Part shown: in pieces, positions 10,385 to 20,230 of the stretch
How positions within the stretch are numbered: position 1 is the first letter of the stretch
How the letters are laid out: each line of letters begins with the position of its first letter
NCBI GenBank assembly: GCA_934148015.1
Contig: CAKPCU010000001.1
Span: 27,148 to 91,147, forward strand
Reading direction: 5' to 3'
Length of the DNA stretch: 64,000 nt
From: an uncultured Bacilli bacterium
GTDB taxonomy: Bacteria > Bacillota_I > Bacilli_A > RF39 > UBA660
Made by a program: the position numbers and the translations under genes
Notes under the pieces: model-generated
Database searches by the model: none
What the model was told of the DNA's origin: nothing
Seen by the model: only the letters and a program-made list of their open reading frames with translations

Positions 10385-10918
10385 TTATTTTTCATCCATT
10401 ATAAACTTTTTAATTCTATCAAACAAAACTTTATCATTAAATTTCTTATAATTATATGAAATGATTATTTCATTTTCTTTATTTGATATATAAATTCCAA
10501 AATCTGACTTTATTTTAAAAGCATATTTTATATATTTCCTTCTATTATAAAAGGTTTGATTCCAATTAATATTATTATCATCTAACAATACAGAAAATTC
10601 TAATTCATTTTCTTTTATATCATCTAACAAACTTACATCTTTTTTAGAAAATAAGATAATAAGGTCAACGTTTTCATCACTTTTATCACTTGGAGAAATT
10701 AAGTGTTTTATGTTTTTTTTCTTTATCTTTTTAAACAAATCATCTTCTTTATTTAATCTAATATCTAATAAAAATGTATCTTTCATAAATGTACTAACTA
10801 ATTTTTTAATTAAGTTTTTATCTATTTTTATATTATCAATCATAAAAATATGAGCTTTCTTAAAAATATTGTGATAATGAAATAATTTTGTTTTTGTTAG
10901 TTTTTTCATATCTTTCAC
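10385..10918 (-). CDS. hypothetical lysine-rich protein
   Basis: 177 aa ORF without recognisable domain. Confidence 0.4.
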   Translation of the reverse strand: MKDMKKLTKTKLFHYHNIFKKAHIFMIDNIKIDKNLIKKLVSTFMKDTFLLDIRLNKEDDLFKKIKKKNIKHLISPSDKSDENVDLIILFSKKDVSLLDDIKENELEFSVLLDDNNINWNQTFYNRRKYIKYAFKIKSDFGIYISNKENEIIISYNYKKFNDKVLFDRIKKFIMDEK

Positions 10919-10988
10919 CTCAAAACTTATTAGGTTAAAACTATTTTAAAAGCGATATTTCTAAATAGAGATATCGCTTATGTACTAA

Positions 10989-12170
10989 TTATCTATTTGA
11001 ATAACTTCTTCCTTTTGGAGGGAATACAATAACTTCTCTTGGATCAAATGAATGTCCAACAAAGCCTGAAGAACCATAGTAATCATAATAGTCACTATAC
11101 CATTTTCCTCTTGCTAAACCAAGATGTAGGTGAGGTCCTGTAGAATTACCTGTACTACCAGATTTTGCTATTACTGTATCTTTTGTAACTACTGCTCCAA
11201 CACTCGTATTAAATGATGAAAGGTGTGCATAATACGATGTATAATATTTACCATTTATTTGGTGATGTATTATTATTTGGTTTCCACCGCCTTTTGATGA
11301 ACTAATTACTTTAGCAACACGTCCTGTTGCAACAGCATAAACACTAGTTCCTGTTGGTACAGATATATCTATTGCAGCATGATTATTTGCTCTTCCATAT
11401 AAAGTTCTCCATCCATAATTACTAGATATTCTACCACTTACAGTTGGCCTATAAAAAGTCGTGCCAGATGGTAAATACTTACCACTATAAATTCTATTTA
11501 AACAAGTTGTTTGTGTTTCATTAGACTTACAACCCATTTTCTTTAAACTAGATATAGTTTTCTGCATTTCCTTTATTGACTCACTAAGTGAATGTCCTGC
11601 ATCATCTAATTCAGATTTAGTTACGTTAAGAGATGCAACTTGATCATTTAAATCTTTATTTAATTTTGCAAGTTCTGTCTTTTTATTATCTAAATCTATT
11701 TTAATTTGTTCATTTTGTTTTATCATATCATTCATTTCTGATATCCTTTTTTTGTTATGAGTAGTAATTTGTTCAGTAATTGATAACCTATAAATAAGAT
11801 CTGTTATACTTTCAGCTCCCATAACATATTCAAGCATAGAAGTGCCAGATGATGATACCTGATAATATCTCATTAAGTCTTGTATCTCAATGTTCTTCTT
11901 TTTTATATCTTCTTCTAATTTTTTACTTTCTTCTGTTTTTGAAGTTATTTCATTATTTATTTTTTCTACTTCACTATATATTGAATTTATTTTTTGCTTT
12001 CTAGCTGTTATTTCACTTTCTGTTTGGTTTTTCTTTGCATTATTGCTCTCTAATTCTTTTTGTGTTTTATTTAACTCTGTCTCCCACTGTGCTATAGTTT
12101 TCTCTTTTGCATTAACTATAGTAATAGGTACTAATAATAGTAAAAATAATGTTAATATCTTTTTCATCAT
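10989..12170 (-). CDS. secreted coiled-coil M23/LytM peptidoglycan endopeptidase (EnvC/PcsB-like, FtsEX-associated)
   Basis: Signal peptide, long coiled coil, C-terminal M23 motifs HAAIDISVPTGT and GPHLHLGL; sits directly downstream of ftsE-ftsX. Confidence 0.8.
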   Translation of the reverse strand: MMKKILTLFLLLLVPITIVNAKEKTIAQWETELNKTQKELESNNAKKNQTESEITARKQKINSIYSEVEKINNEITSKTEESKKLEEDIKKKNIEIQDLMRYYQVSSSGTSMLEYVMGAESITDLIYRLSITEQITTHNKKRISEMNDMIKQNEQIKIDLDNKKTELAKLNKDLNDQVASLNVTKSELDDAGHSLSESIKEMQKTISSLKKMGCKSNETQTTCLNRIYSGKYLPSGTTFYRPTVSGRISSNYGWRTLYGRANNHAAIDISVPTGTSVYAVATGRVAKVISSSKGGGNQIIIHHQINGKYYTSYYAHLSSFNTSVGAVVTKDTVIAKSGSTGNSTGPHLHLGLARGKWYSDYYDYYGSSGFVGHSFDPREVIVFPPKGRSYSNR

Positions 12171-13090
12171 ATTTTTAAATATTTCCTTACTGCTTTATAA
12201 CTACCAAACATACCTATTATTATTCCAAGGCCCATTAATATTAATGCTATATAATACATAAATGGCTCTGATGGAACTAACTTAAAGAATGGTGAGAATA
12301 ATTGTCCATTAAAATGTTTATATAAAACAGAATATCCATATATTGTTACTAGGACTGGTATAACAGAACCTAAAAATCCTAAACATAAACCTTCTATTAC
12401 AAATGGTTGTTTAATAGACATATTAGATGCTCCAACAAGTCTCATTATTTCTATTTCTCTTTTTCTTGAGAATATAGTTATCTTAATAGTATTATTTATT
12501 AAGAATAATGTTACTAAAAGTAATGCAATCATTGCTACTATCATAGCTTTTTCTATGAATTTAAATACTGTCATTAAAGACTCTACCATACCTTGTAAAT
12601 AATTTATTTTTTCTATAGAATCTAAACTTTCTATTTTTTTAGCTGTCTTTGTAATTTGATCAGTATTTTTTACTTTTATTAAAAAAGTATTATATAAAGG
12701 ATTAGTATCATCTGACCAACTATCTATTATACCTGCTAAATCTGATGATGTATCCTTCATTTCATTTGCAACTTCTTTTTTAGTTTGATAAGTTACACTT
12801 TCTATATTATCATAAGATTCTATCTCTTTTTTTATCTTTTTTATATCTTCATCTTTTGTATCTAACTTAATAAATGCAACAATCGTAAAGTCTTCTCTAA
12901 TAAGTTTAGTCATATTTTCAACATTACTAGATGCTATAAGTGCAATTGATATTATAAGAAGAGTAATTGTTATACATGATATTGATGCTATAGATAAACT
13001 AAGGTTTCTTCCAACGCTTTTAAATCCATCTCTTACATTTCTTCCAAAAATCCTAAACGCCTTCATAATTACTATAACTTCCCTTCTCAT
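12167..13090 (-). CDS. ftsX: cell division ABC transporter permease FtsX
   Basis: 307 aa, 4 TM topology, coupled (overlapping) to ftsE. Confidence 0.85.
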   Translation of the reverse strand: MRREVIVIMKAFRIFGRNVRDGFKSVGRNLSLSIASISCITITLLIISIALIASSNVENMTKLIREDFTIVAFIKLDTKDEDIKKIKKEIESYDNIESVTYQTKKEVANEMKDTSSDLAGIIDSWSDDTNPLYNTFLIKVKNTDQITKTAKKIESLDSIEKINYLQGMVESLMTVFKFIEKAMIVAMIALLLVTLFLINNTIKITIFSRKREIEIMRLVGASNMSIKQPFVIEGLCLGFLGSVIPVLVTIYGYSVLYKHFNGQLFSPFFKLVPSEPFMYYIALILMGLGIIIGMFGSYKAVRKYLKI

Positions 13091-13751
13091 AATCTTTTAT
13101 TATCTTTCCTTTATCAAGTAAGATAACTCTTTTCTTCATCTTATCTACCATTTCTCTATCATGTGTTGCCATAACAATAGTAGTTCCCATATCATTAATC
13201 TTTTCTATTACCTTCATTATTTCTAAACTAGTATCTGGATCTAGATTACCTGTTGGTTCATCACAAATTAACAATTTTGGTGAATTTACTATAGCCCTTG
13301 CTATTGCAACTCTTTGTTGTTCTCCACCAGACATTTGATCTGGATAACTCTTTGTTTTAGCTTTTAGTCCAACTAAATCAAGTGCCTTTAAAACTTTTCT
13401 TCTTATCTCATTATTAGGCAATCCATACATTTCAAGTGCAAATGCTACGTTTTCATACGCTGTTAATTTAGGTAATAATTTATAATCTTGGAAAACTATA
13501 CCTATCTTTCTTCTTAATTTATATACTTTATTATTTTTAATTTTAGCAACATTTATACCACCTACATATATTTCTCCATATGATGGTTTTTCTTGTCTAT
13601 AAAGCATTTTAATAAGTGTTGATTTACCTGATGCCGTCGCACCTATTACAAATACAAATTCACCTTTTTTAATATCTAAATCAATATTATATAAAGCATT
13701 AACTCCATTCTTATACGTTTTTTCTACATTTTTAAACTTAATAAATTCCAT
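13053..13751 (-). CDS. ftsE: cell division ATP-binding protein FtsE
   Basis: Walker A GATASGKST, ABC signature MSGGEQQR, Walker B LLICDEPTGNLD. Confidence 0.9.
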   Translation of the reverse strand: MEFIKFKNVEKTYKNGVNALYNIDLDIKKGEFVFVIGATASGKSTLIKMLYRQEKPSYGEIYVGGINVAKIKNNKVYKLRRKIGIVFQDYKLLPKLTAYENVAFALEMYGLPNNEIRRKVLKALDLVGLKAKTKSYPDQMSGGEQQRVAIARAIVNSPKLLICDEPTGNLDPDTSLEIMKVIEKINDMGTTIVMATHDREMVDKMKKRVILLDKGKIIKDYEKGSYSNYEGV

Positions 13752-14667
13752 CTGTTATCACTTCCCTTTTACTTCCATATATTCCATAAGATTGGTATGC
13801 ATCTACTACTAAAATAACTGCTTTAGGATCAATTTCAGAAATACCTTCACTAACCTTAAAATAATCACCAGTAGGCACAACACACATAATCATTTCTGTT
13901 TTTTTATAGGTATATCCTCCTCTTGTTTCTAAAAGAGTGATACCTAAATTCAATTCATTTAAAAGATAATCACAAATTCTATCTTTTTCTGTAGTTGTTA
14001 TATAAACAGCTTTATTGCTAGATATACCTAAAACTACTTTATCTACCATTATATTAATTATGTATAATACAATTATAGCATATAAAACTCTTGTCCATCC
14101 AAGGAAAAAACCACCAATTAACACTATTATTCCATCTACTATTAACATTGATGTACCTATTGATACTTTAAAGTATTTAGATATCATTTGTTTTAAAATA
14201 TCTGTTCCACCTGTAGTAAATCCTGTTTTAAAAACAATACCTGATGAAAAACCAACCACTGCTCCTCCTATTATTGATATTAAAAGTAGGTTATCATTTT
14301 GAAGAACAATATAATCTGATACATTTTTAGTTAAATCAATAAATAAAGGAAATAAAAGTGAACCAACAAGTGAATTTATAGTAGCCTTTTTTCCTAAAGT
14401 AAAATAGCTTAATATAAGCAATAGTATATTTGCAACTAATATAAATATAGATGGGTTAAAATAGTCTTTTAAAAGTATTGAAACACCACTTGCACCACCA
14501 TATATAATGTTATTTTTATAAAAGAATAAGTTATATGCTACTGAATATATAAAAATTGCAAATGTTAATAAAAGGTATCTTTTAATTAAATGTGAATTTT
14601 CTACTTTAGATAGTATGTTTTCACTTTTTCTAAATCTCAATCTTCTAAATAAACGCATTTTAATCAC
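13738..14667 (-). CDS. YitT-family membrane protein (DUF161 + DUF2179)
   Basis: 309 aa; GGASGVSILL motif, multiple TM helices and a C-terminal soluble domain typical of YitT. Confidence 0.75.
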   Translation of the reverse strand: MIKMRLFRRLRFRKSENILSKVENSHLIKRYLLLTFAIFIYSVAYNLFFYKNNIIYGGASGVSILLKDYFNPSIFILVANILLLILSYFTLGKKATINSLVGSLLFPLFIDLTKNVSDYIVLQNDNLLLISIIGGAVVGFSSGIVFKTGFTTGGTDILKQMISKYFKVSIGTSMLIVDGIIVLIGGFFLGWTRVLYAIIVLYIINIMVDKVVLGISSNKAVYITTTEKDRICDYLLNELNLGITLLETRGGYTYKKTEMIMCVVPTGDYFKVSEGISEIDPKAVILVVDAYQSYGIYGSKREVITDGIY

Positions 14668-15752
14668 TTCCTTTTAAATTACTTTCTATAAATTCATCTA
14701 TTTGTCCATCTAATACTTTATTTACATTAGATGTTTCATAGTTTGTTCTATGATCTTTTACTAAACTGTATGGATGAAGCACATAACTTCTTATTTGTGA
14801 ACCAAATTCTATTCCACTATGGTCACTTTTCATTGAGTCTATCTTATCTTTTCTAGACTTTAACTCTAGTTGATATAATTTACTTTTTAATACCTTAATA
14901 GCTGTTTCTTTATTTTTTATCTGACTTCTTTCATTTTGACAAGTTACAACTATGCCTGTTGGGATGTGTGTTACTCTAACTGCTGAATCAGTTGTATTAA
15001 CTCCTTGACCTCCAGCTCCGCTACTTCTATATACATCAATTCTAATATCACTATCTTTAATGTCTACTTTGACATTTTCATCGAATTCAGGTATTACATC
15101 AACTGCTGCAAAGGAAGTATGTCTTCTATTGTTTGAATCAAAAGGTGATAATCTAACTAATCTATGTACTCCTTTTTCATTTTTTAAATAGCCATAGGCA
15201 AAAGCCCCCTTTACTATGTATACAATACTTTTTATTCCAGTTTCTTCTCCAGCTTGTTCATCTATTACTTCATATGTATATTTTCTATTATTAAAATACT
15301 TAGTGTACATTCTAGATAACATTAAAGTCCAGTCACAGCTTTCAGTACCACCCGCCCCGGCGTGTATTTCAAAAATAGCTGCATTATTATCAAATTCTCC
15401 TGATAAATATGTTAAAATTTCTTCTTTCTCTAACATATCTTTTGTTTTATTATACATATCATTAAATTCATCTAATAAGCCAGCATCAATATCACTTTCA
15501 TCAAATTCAAATGCTTGATTTAATGTTTCTATATTCTCTTTAATTTTAAATATAGGATTTATAATTTCTTTTAGTGAACTAACCTCTTTGGTTAACTTTT
15601 CTGCCTCTTTTGGATCATTCCATATAGTAGAATCTAAAAGCTTTTCATTACAAATATCTAACTTTTTAACTTTATTATCTACATCAAAGTGACCTCCATA
15701 ATTTATTAAATTTATCTTTTATATTTTCTATATCTTTATTTGTAAATTGCAT
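14660..15752 (-). CDS. prfB: peptide chain release factor 2, expressed through a programmed +1 ribosomal frameshift
   Basis: Frame 0: ATG at 15752, MQFTNKDIENIKDKFNKLWRSL then in-frame TGA (15686..15684) in the context TGGAGG TCA CTT TGA T. The +1 frame continues DVDNKVKKLDICNEKLL... into the 265-aa track ORF carrying GGQ (SGAGGQGVNTTDSAVR). Confidence 0.9.
15684..15700 (-). promoter_or_regulatory. RF2 autoregulatory +1 frameshift site (internal SD-like GGAGG, then CTT-UGA)
   Basis: Sequence read on minus strand: TAT GGA GGT CAC TTT GAT GT. Canonical arrangement of SD-like element 3 nt before the CUU slip codon, followed by UGA. Confidence 0.85.
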
Positions 15753-15811
15753 ATAATCACCTATTATCAATTATAGCACATAAATCTAATTATTAAAATG
15801 GTAATCATCTA

Positions 15812-16576
15812 TTATGATCTTTTTACTGTAAATATATATACTGTATTATTTAAAATAATCTTATTATCTGGATTTATAGTGTTATAATTATAAAAATATT
15901 TGTTATTAATAGTAGTATCATTTATTACTTCATAAACATAAAATCCTTCTTTCAATAAAAAATCATCTATTTTATCATTCAAATACGCATCCTTATCATA
16001 ATTAAATAATACAGAGCTTCCCTCTTTTAATACATAAGATATATTATTTAACATAGCTTTTAAGTTTTCTTTAGATAAATTTAATAATGATACATATGTT
16101 TTTTTATTCTTATCAAACCCTTTTTTTATTAATGATTTATTTAAATTATTATTTAATACTATTCTTTTTACAAGACTGTCATCTTCATCAAATTTTTTTA
16201 TTCTAATTAATTTATCTTTTATATTTTGTTTTGTATCTATTTCATAAACATTAATTGCATTTTTGTATTTATAGCCTAACATGTCATATCCTGGATTAAC
16301 ATACATAAATTGTTTCGCACCTACTTTTATTTCCAGTGATAACTTCATTTCATTTATTATTTTGGATGCTAAGAGTTTTGGAGCTAAATAAGTATTTACA
16401 ATATAATCCTTTGTAAAGGAACAAAAAGACATATTATTAAGGTTTTTTAGTATATTTTTATACTCTTTATCATTCAACATTTTAAGCGTATAGTTATCTT
16501 TATAAATTTTAATATTACTATTTTTCATATGATAATATTTAACAAATAAATTAATTAACGCTACATTTTTATTCAT
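15812..16576 (-). CDS. putative class I SAM-dependent methyltransferase (Ppm1/TcmP leucine-carboxyl-methyltransferase-like)
   Basis: 254 aa; weak motif-I-like YVNPGYDMLGY and following VYEIDTKQNI resembling LCMT-family xxLGAGxDTR / VxExDxP. Tentative. Confidence 0.4.
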   Translation of the reverse strand: MNKNVALINLFVKYYHMKNSNIKIYKDNYTLKMLNDKEYKNILKNLNNMSFCSFTKDYIVNTYLAPKLLASKIINEMKLSLEIKVGAKQFMYVNPGYDMLGYKYKNAINVYEIDTKQNIKDKLIRIKKFDEDDSLVKRIVLNNNLNKSLIKKGFDKNKKTYVSLLNLSKENLKAMLNNISYVLKEGSSVLFNYDKDAYLNDKIDDFLLKEGFYVYEVINDTTINNKYFYNYNTINPDNKIILNNTVYIFTVKRS

Positions 16577-16676
16577 TTCTTAATCACCTCTAGATACTTA
16601 ATACACTAATATCAAAATAAATACAAGGCTTGAAAAAAATAGCAATTTATGGTTATATAACGTTAGATAAAAAGAA

Positions 16677-16707
16677 AAATGCGAACTAAAATTTTCGCAT
16701 TTTTTTA
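16677..16707. terminator. bidirectional rho-independent terminator downstream of the ABC permease gene
   Basis: Hairpin ATGCGAA-ctaaaatt-TTCGCAT flanked by A-run and T-run. Confidence 0.55.
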
Positions 16708-17493
16708 TTCTACATTTACACCCTTTTTAAACACATTAACGCATAATATGTTAATTAAAAATACAATGAAAACATATATAAATATACAAATTATCATAAG
16801 GCTTTTAATAATACTTGTTTTAATTAATGTATCTGTAAATATAAGCATTATATCTTTATTAAAAATACCTATTATGTATAAAAATAACAATACTAAAACT
16901 TGACTTAAGAAGTAAATAACAAGACCATAAATTACTGATAAAGCTGTTTTATTTGTGTTTTTTCTATGACCTAATATAATTCCTAAAAAGCCTGATTGAA
17001 GACCAGATAAAATTTCTAAGAATAGTATTATTATGCAAAAGGTAATAAATGTTTTACAAGACATTCCGTATAAACCTGCAAAAGAGCTTATCATATTATA
17101 TAATAAATCAAATCTTTCTTTTGTATAATATGCTATTAAAATAGAGACTAAAATAACTATAAATGTAGTTAATAAATTTATAAAAGATAAAATAAATTTA
17201 GACTCGTATAAAACTGTTTTAGAAACAGGAAGAGTATGTGTTAAATATGATTCATCTGCATATAAAGTTTGCTTAAATCTAATCCAATTTCTCATAAGTA
17301 CGTTAATTAAGCTACTAGCTACCATAGAAAACATAGCACCTACACTTATTTGAGATAAAATACTTATTATTACTGTTTGCCTCATACTAAATAAAACTCT
17401 TGTTAGTATAGCAAATACAATCATTAAAATGTAAAATACTGATAAAAATTTATACATATTTTTCATATCATATTTCAATAGTTTCTTTAGCAT
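16705..17493 (-). CDS. ABC-2-type transporter permease
   Basis: 262 aa, 6 predicted TM segments, immediately downstream of and overlapping the ABC ATPase gene. Confidence 0.65.
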   Translation of the reverse strand: MLKKLLKYDMKNMYKFLSVFYILMIVFAILTRVLFSMRQTVIISILSQISVGAMFSMVASSLINVLMRNWIRFKQTLYADESYLTHTLPVSKTVLYESKFILSFINLLTTFIVILVSILIAYYTKERFDLLYNMISSFAGLYGMSCKTFITFCIIILFLEILSGLQSGFLGIILGHRKNTNKTALSVIYGLVIYFLSQVLVLLFLYIIGIFNKDIMLIFTDTLIKTSIIKSLMIICIFIYVFIVFLINILCVNVFKKGVNVE

Positions 17494-18182
17494 TTGAACA
17501 TCCTCCTAAATATCTCATCTATAGATGCATTTTCTTTTTCTCTTAATTTATCAGTATCTTCATGTAATATTATCCTACCGTCATTTATAAATACAACTTC
17601 ATCTAATATTCTTTCTATATCAGCTATTAAATGAGTAGAAATTATAATACTTGCATCATGATTAAAATTATTAAGTATAGTATCTAGTATATAATCTCTT
17701 GTAGCAGGATCTACTCCTCCTAAAGGTTCGTCTAATATATACAATAAAGCCTTTCTTGACATAACTAAAACTAACTGTACTTTTTCTTGCATTCCTTTAC
17801 TCATTTTAGATAGTTTTTGATTTTCATCTAACTTTAAGTCTTTTAATAACTTTCTTGCTTTTTTACTATCAAAATTATCATAAAAATCATTAAAATAATT
17901 AATAACTTCATTTACTGTCATATTTTTATTTAAATAAGTTCTTTCTGGTAAATAAGAAATAATTTTTTTAGTTTCTACGCCAATATCATTACCATTTACC
18001 TTAATATTTCCTTTAGTAGGTATTAGTAAGTCATTAATTAATTTTATTAAAGTTGACTTACCCGTTCCATTTTGACCTAAAAGACCAATTATTTTTCCAC
18101 CTTTTAATTTTAAATTAATGTCTTTTAAAACTTCTTTATCATCATAATTTTTATATAAATGATTAATCTCTAATAGTTCCAT
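17487..18182 (-). CDS. ABC transporter ATP-binding protein
   Basis: Walker A GQNGTGKST, signature MSKGMQEK, Walker B LYILDEP. Confidence 0.9.
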   Translation of the reverse strand: MELLEINHLYKNYDDKEVLKDINLKLKGGKIIGLLGQNGTGKSTLIKLINDLLIPTKGNIKVNGNDIGVETKKIISYLPERTYLNKNMTVNEVINYFNDFYDNFDSKKARKLLKDLKLDENQKLSKMSKGMQEKVQLVLVMSRKALLYILDEPLGGVDPATRDYILDTILNNFNHDASIIISTHLIADIERILDEVVFINDGRIILHEDTDKLREKENASIDEIFRRMFKC

Positions 18183-18543
18183 CTTCTATTTTCCTTTCAT
18201 ATAAATAATTTATAGCTCTTGCTTTATCTATTCCAATTTTATTCATACTTTCAAAATATTTATTAGCTATTTCTTTAGCATATTCATTTTTAACTTTTTC
18301 TATTGTTTTTTTATTTTTCGTAACATATTTTCCGTTAGTTCTTTCTGTATATATTAGTTTTAAATCTTCTAACTCGGTTAATGCTTTTTGCATTGTATTA
18401 GGATTTACCTTAAACATATTTGCGAGATCTCTAACTGATGGAAGTTTACTTCCACACGAGAAAAAATCAGAAATAATATAAATTTTCATATAATCTAATA
18501 GCTGAATATATATTGGTATATTGTTATCAAAGTTAACATTCAT
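18163..18543 (-). CDS. GntR-family (YtrA-like) transcriptional regulator
   Basis: 126 aa; winged HTH LPSVRDLANMFKVNPNTMQKALTELEDLKLIYTERTNGKYV; first gene of a regulator-ATPase-permease operon. Confidence 0.85.
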   Translation of the reverse strand: MNVNFDNNIPIYIQLLDYMKIYIISDFFSCGSKLPSVRDLANMFKVNPNTMQKALTELEDLKLIYTERTNGKYVTKNKKTIEKVKNEYAKEIANKYFESMNKIGIDKARAINYLYERKIEDGTIRD

Positions 18544-18678
18544 ATTACCTCCACTGTATTATTTGATTAATACAGTGATATTGTATTATATTTTTTTTAA
18601 CTTGTCAATATGCTAGTACAAAATAACTACTCTTTATTAAATTTAAATTGAAGTAATAGTTTATCTAGTAATCAAACG

Positions 18679-18895
18679 ATGGATTGCGTTAAATCCATTT
18701 ATAAAAAATATGAAGATTATAAAGGAGTAACATTTAACGAAATAAAAGGCTATGTATAATGCATCTTATGTAAGATATGCTGTTACATTACTAACCGGTG
18801 ATAAAGTATATATAGTATTACATGTTTATTCTAAAGATTCAAAAAGTAAAAAAGATGATGTTAAAAAAATATACGAAGTTAAAAAAAAATAAAGA
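18679..18895 (+). pseudogene. possible remnant of a RelE/ParE-family toxin gene, split into two frames
   Basis: Frame A 18679..18759 MDCVKSIYKKYEDYKGVTFNEIKGYV*. The +1 frame 18752..18898 reads MYNASYVRYAVTLLTGDKVYIVLHVYSKDSKSKKDD..., resembling the C-terminal GYRVIYYVvtkddKVYLLtIYdKSEK motif of Firmicute RelE-like toxins. No good RBS. Confidence 0.2.
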
Positions 18896-18941
18896 AATTT
18901 AAATAAAGTAAATTTAAAAATAGTAATTAATCATTAACTAA

Positions 18942-18973
18942 AAAAGATAACGAGGTAAAACGTTATCTTTTTT
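18942..18973. terminator. bidirectional rho-independent terminator
   Basis: Perfect 11-bp stem AAAAGATAACG / CGTTATCTTTT with 8-nt loop and T-run; downstream of the minus-strand gene 19033..19758. Confidence 0.65.
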
Positions 18974-19032
18974 AGTCTGAGTAAAATATTATTAAATTAT
19001 ATTTTTTTATTTAATCAAGCTCTTTTTCTTTT

Positions 19033-19758
19033 TTAGTTATAATTATAATTGAATTCATCTATTTGAAGCAGTTTTTTAGAAGTATCATACATCATCGTAT
19101 ATATTTTATAATTACCAAAACTAGTAGGTAAAGTATTATATTTATTTAATGTTCTATTGTAGATAGAAAAATATATATTTTTTCCAGTTATATAATCTGA
19201 CACCAAAAATCTAAGTTTTTCTTCCATTTCAGTACTTAATATCCAAGTATCATTTTTTTTAATATTATCTTCTAACTTTCTCGTATCTTCATTAAAATAA
19301 TTAATATATATAGTTTTATAGTTGGTTTTGTTATGGTCTGAATTATAAGCCCACTTAAATAGTTCTAATCTCCCATTACTAGGTAATGGAGCATTAATTA
19401 TTTTCTTGTATGAGTTTATTTTGCTATAATCTTTTGAGTCGCTAGAACTAATTAAGCAAAAGGATCCATACAATATGAGCAATACAGCAATAATATAACC
19501 TGCAACTATGTTTTTCGTACATTTAATCCCCAACTTTTTATATTTATATCCAAGTATAATTGATAAAATTGGTATTGGCAAACATAACCAGCAAACAAAA
19601 GTTGTAGAAGTAAAAAAGAACCCCCCAACATTTTCTGGTCTTTCACTCATTGCCCCCCACAAAGCAAAAGATCCAAAAAAGCTAAAAATTGTTAAAAAAA
19701 ATAAAAAATACATGAAAATTTTTAGCGTTTTTTCTTTATTGTTTTTAGTATTTTTCAT
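19033..19758 (-). CDS. hypothetical membrane protein
   Basis: 241 aa, about 4 N-terminal TM helices then Asn/Tyr-rich soluble domain; no recognisable family. Confidence 0.5.
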   Translation of the reverse strand: MKNTKNNKEKTLKIFMYFLFFLTIFSFFGSFALWGAMSERPENVGGFFFTSTTFVCWLCLPIPILSIILGYKYKKLGIKCTKNIVAGYIIAVLLILYGSFCLISSSDSKDYSKINSYKKIINAPLPSNGRLELFKWAYNSDHNKTNYKTIYINYFNEDTRKLEDNIKKNDTWILSTEMEEKLRFLVSDYITGKNIYFSIYNRTLNKYNTLPTSFGNYKIYTMMYDTSKKLLQIDEFNYNYN

Positions 19759-20230
19759 TTTAATTTTTATCCTTTCAATAGTTTTAAAGCATATAATGTT
19801 ATAATTATTACTATATTAATAGTATTATACTTAAATATTAATGTCAACTAAATTAAAGTTTTATACATAGTATAAACAGCATTTTAGATTGACGTTTCAA
19901 TTAATTTATAAACATAATGAAAAAATACCAGCAAATCGCTAGTATTTCTTATGTTTGTAAATTATTTTTCTTATTTTATAAGCTATTTACCACAACACTG
20001 TTTATACTTCTTACCACTTCCACAAGTAGTGGATGTTCCTATATTATCTGTATTATTTATACTTATAGTATTATGCGTATTTCTTTATTTATCAGACTAG
20101 GTAACATCTATATTATTCATATTTATGATACTATCTGTACTATAAGTATTTCTCTAACGTGGACATATTGTGGACATTGTACACACCACTGAATTTAAAT
20201 CATAACAATAAGTGATTTTAATTATTTAAA

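Noticed and set aside
11890-12261. 123-aa plus-strand ORF overlapping M23/ftsX
   Set aside because: Antisense to the coiled-coil region (repetitive Lys/Glu codons give open reverse frames).
14015-14302. 95-aa ORF antisense to yitT
   Set aside because: Shadow ORF.
15216-15518. 100-aa ORF antisense to prfB
   Set aside because: Shadow ORF; the real unannotated feature here is the prfB N-terminal frame.
16679-16903. 74-aa plus ORF
   Set aside because: Overlaps the ABC permease on the other strand and the terminator hairpin; no RBS.
19917-20192. 91-aa ORF in long spacer
   Set aside because: No Shine-Dalgarno, extreme Ile/Tyr/Cys/Thr low-complexity, not conserved-looking; region kept as a non-coding finding instead.
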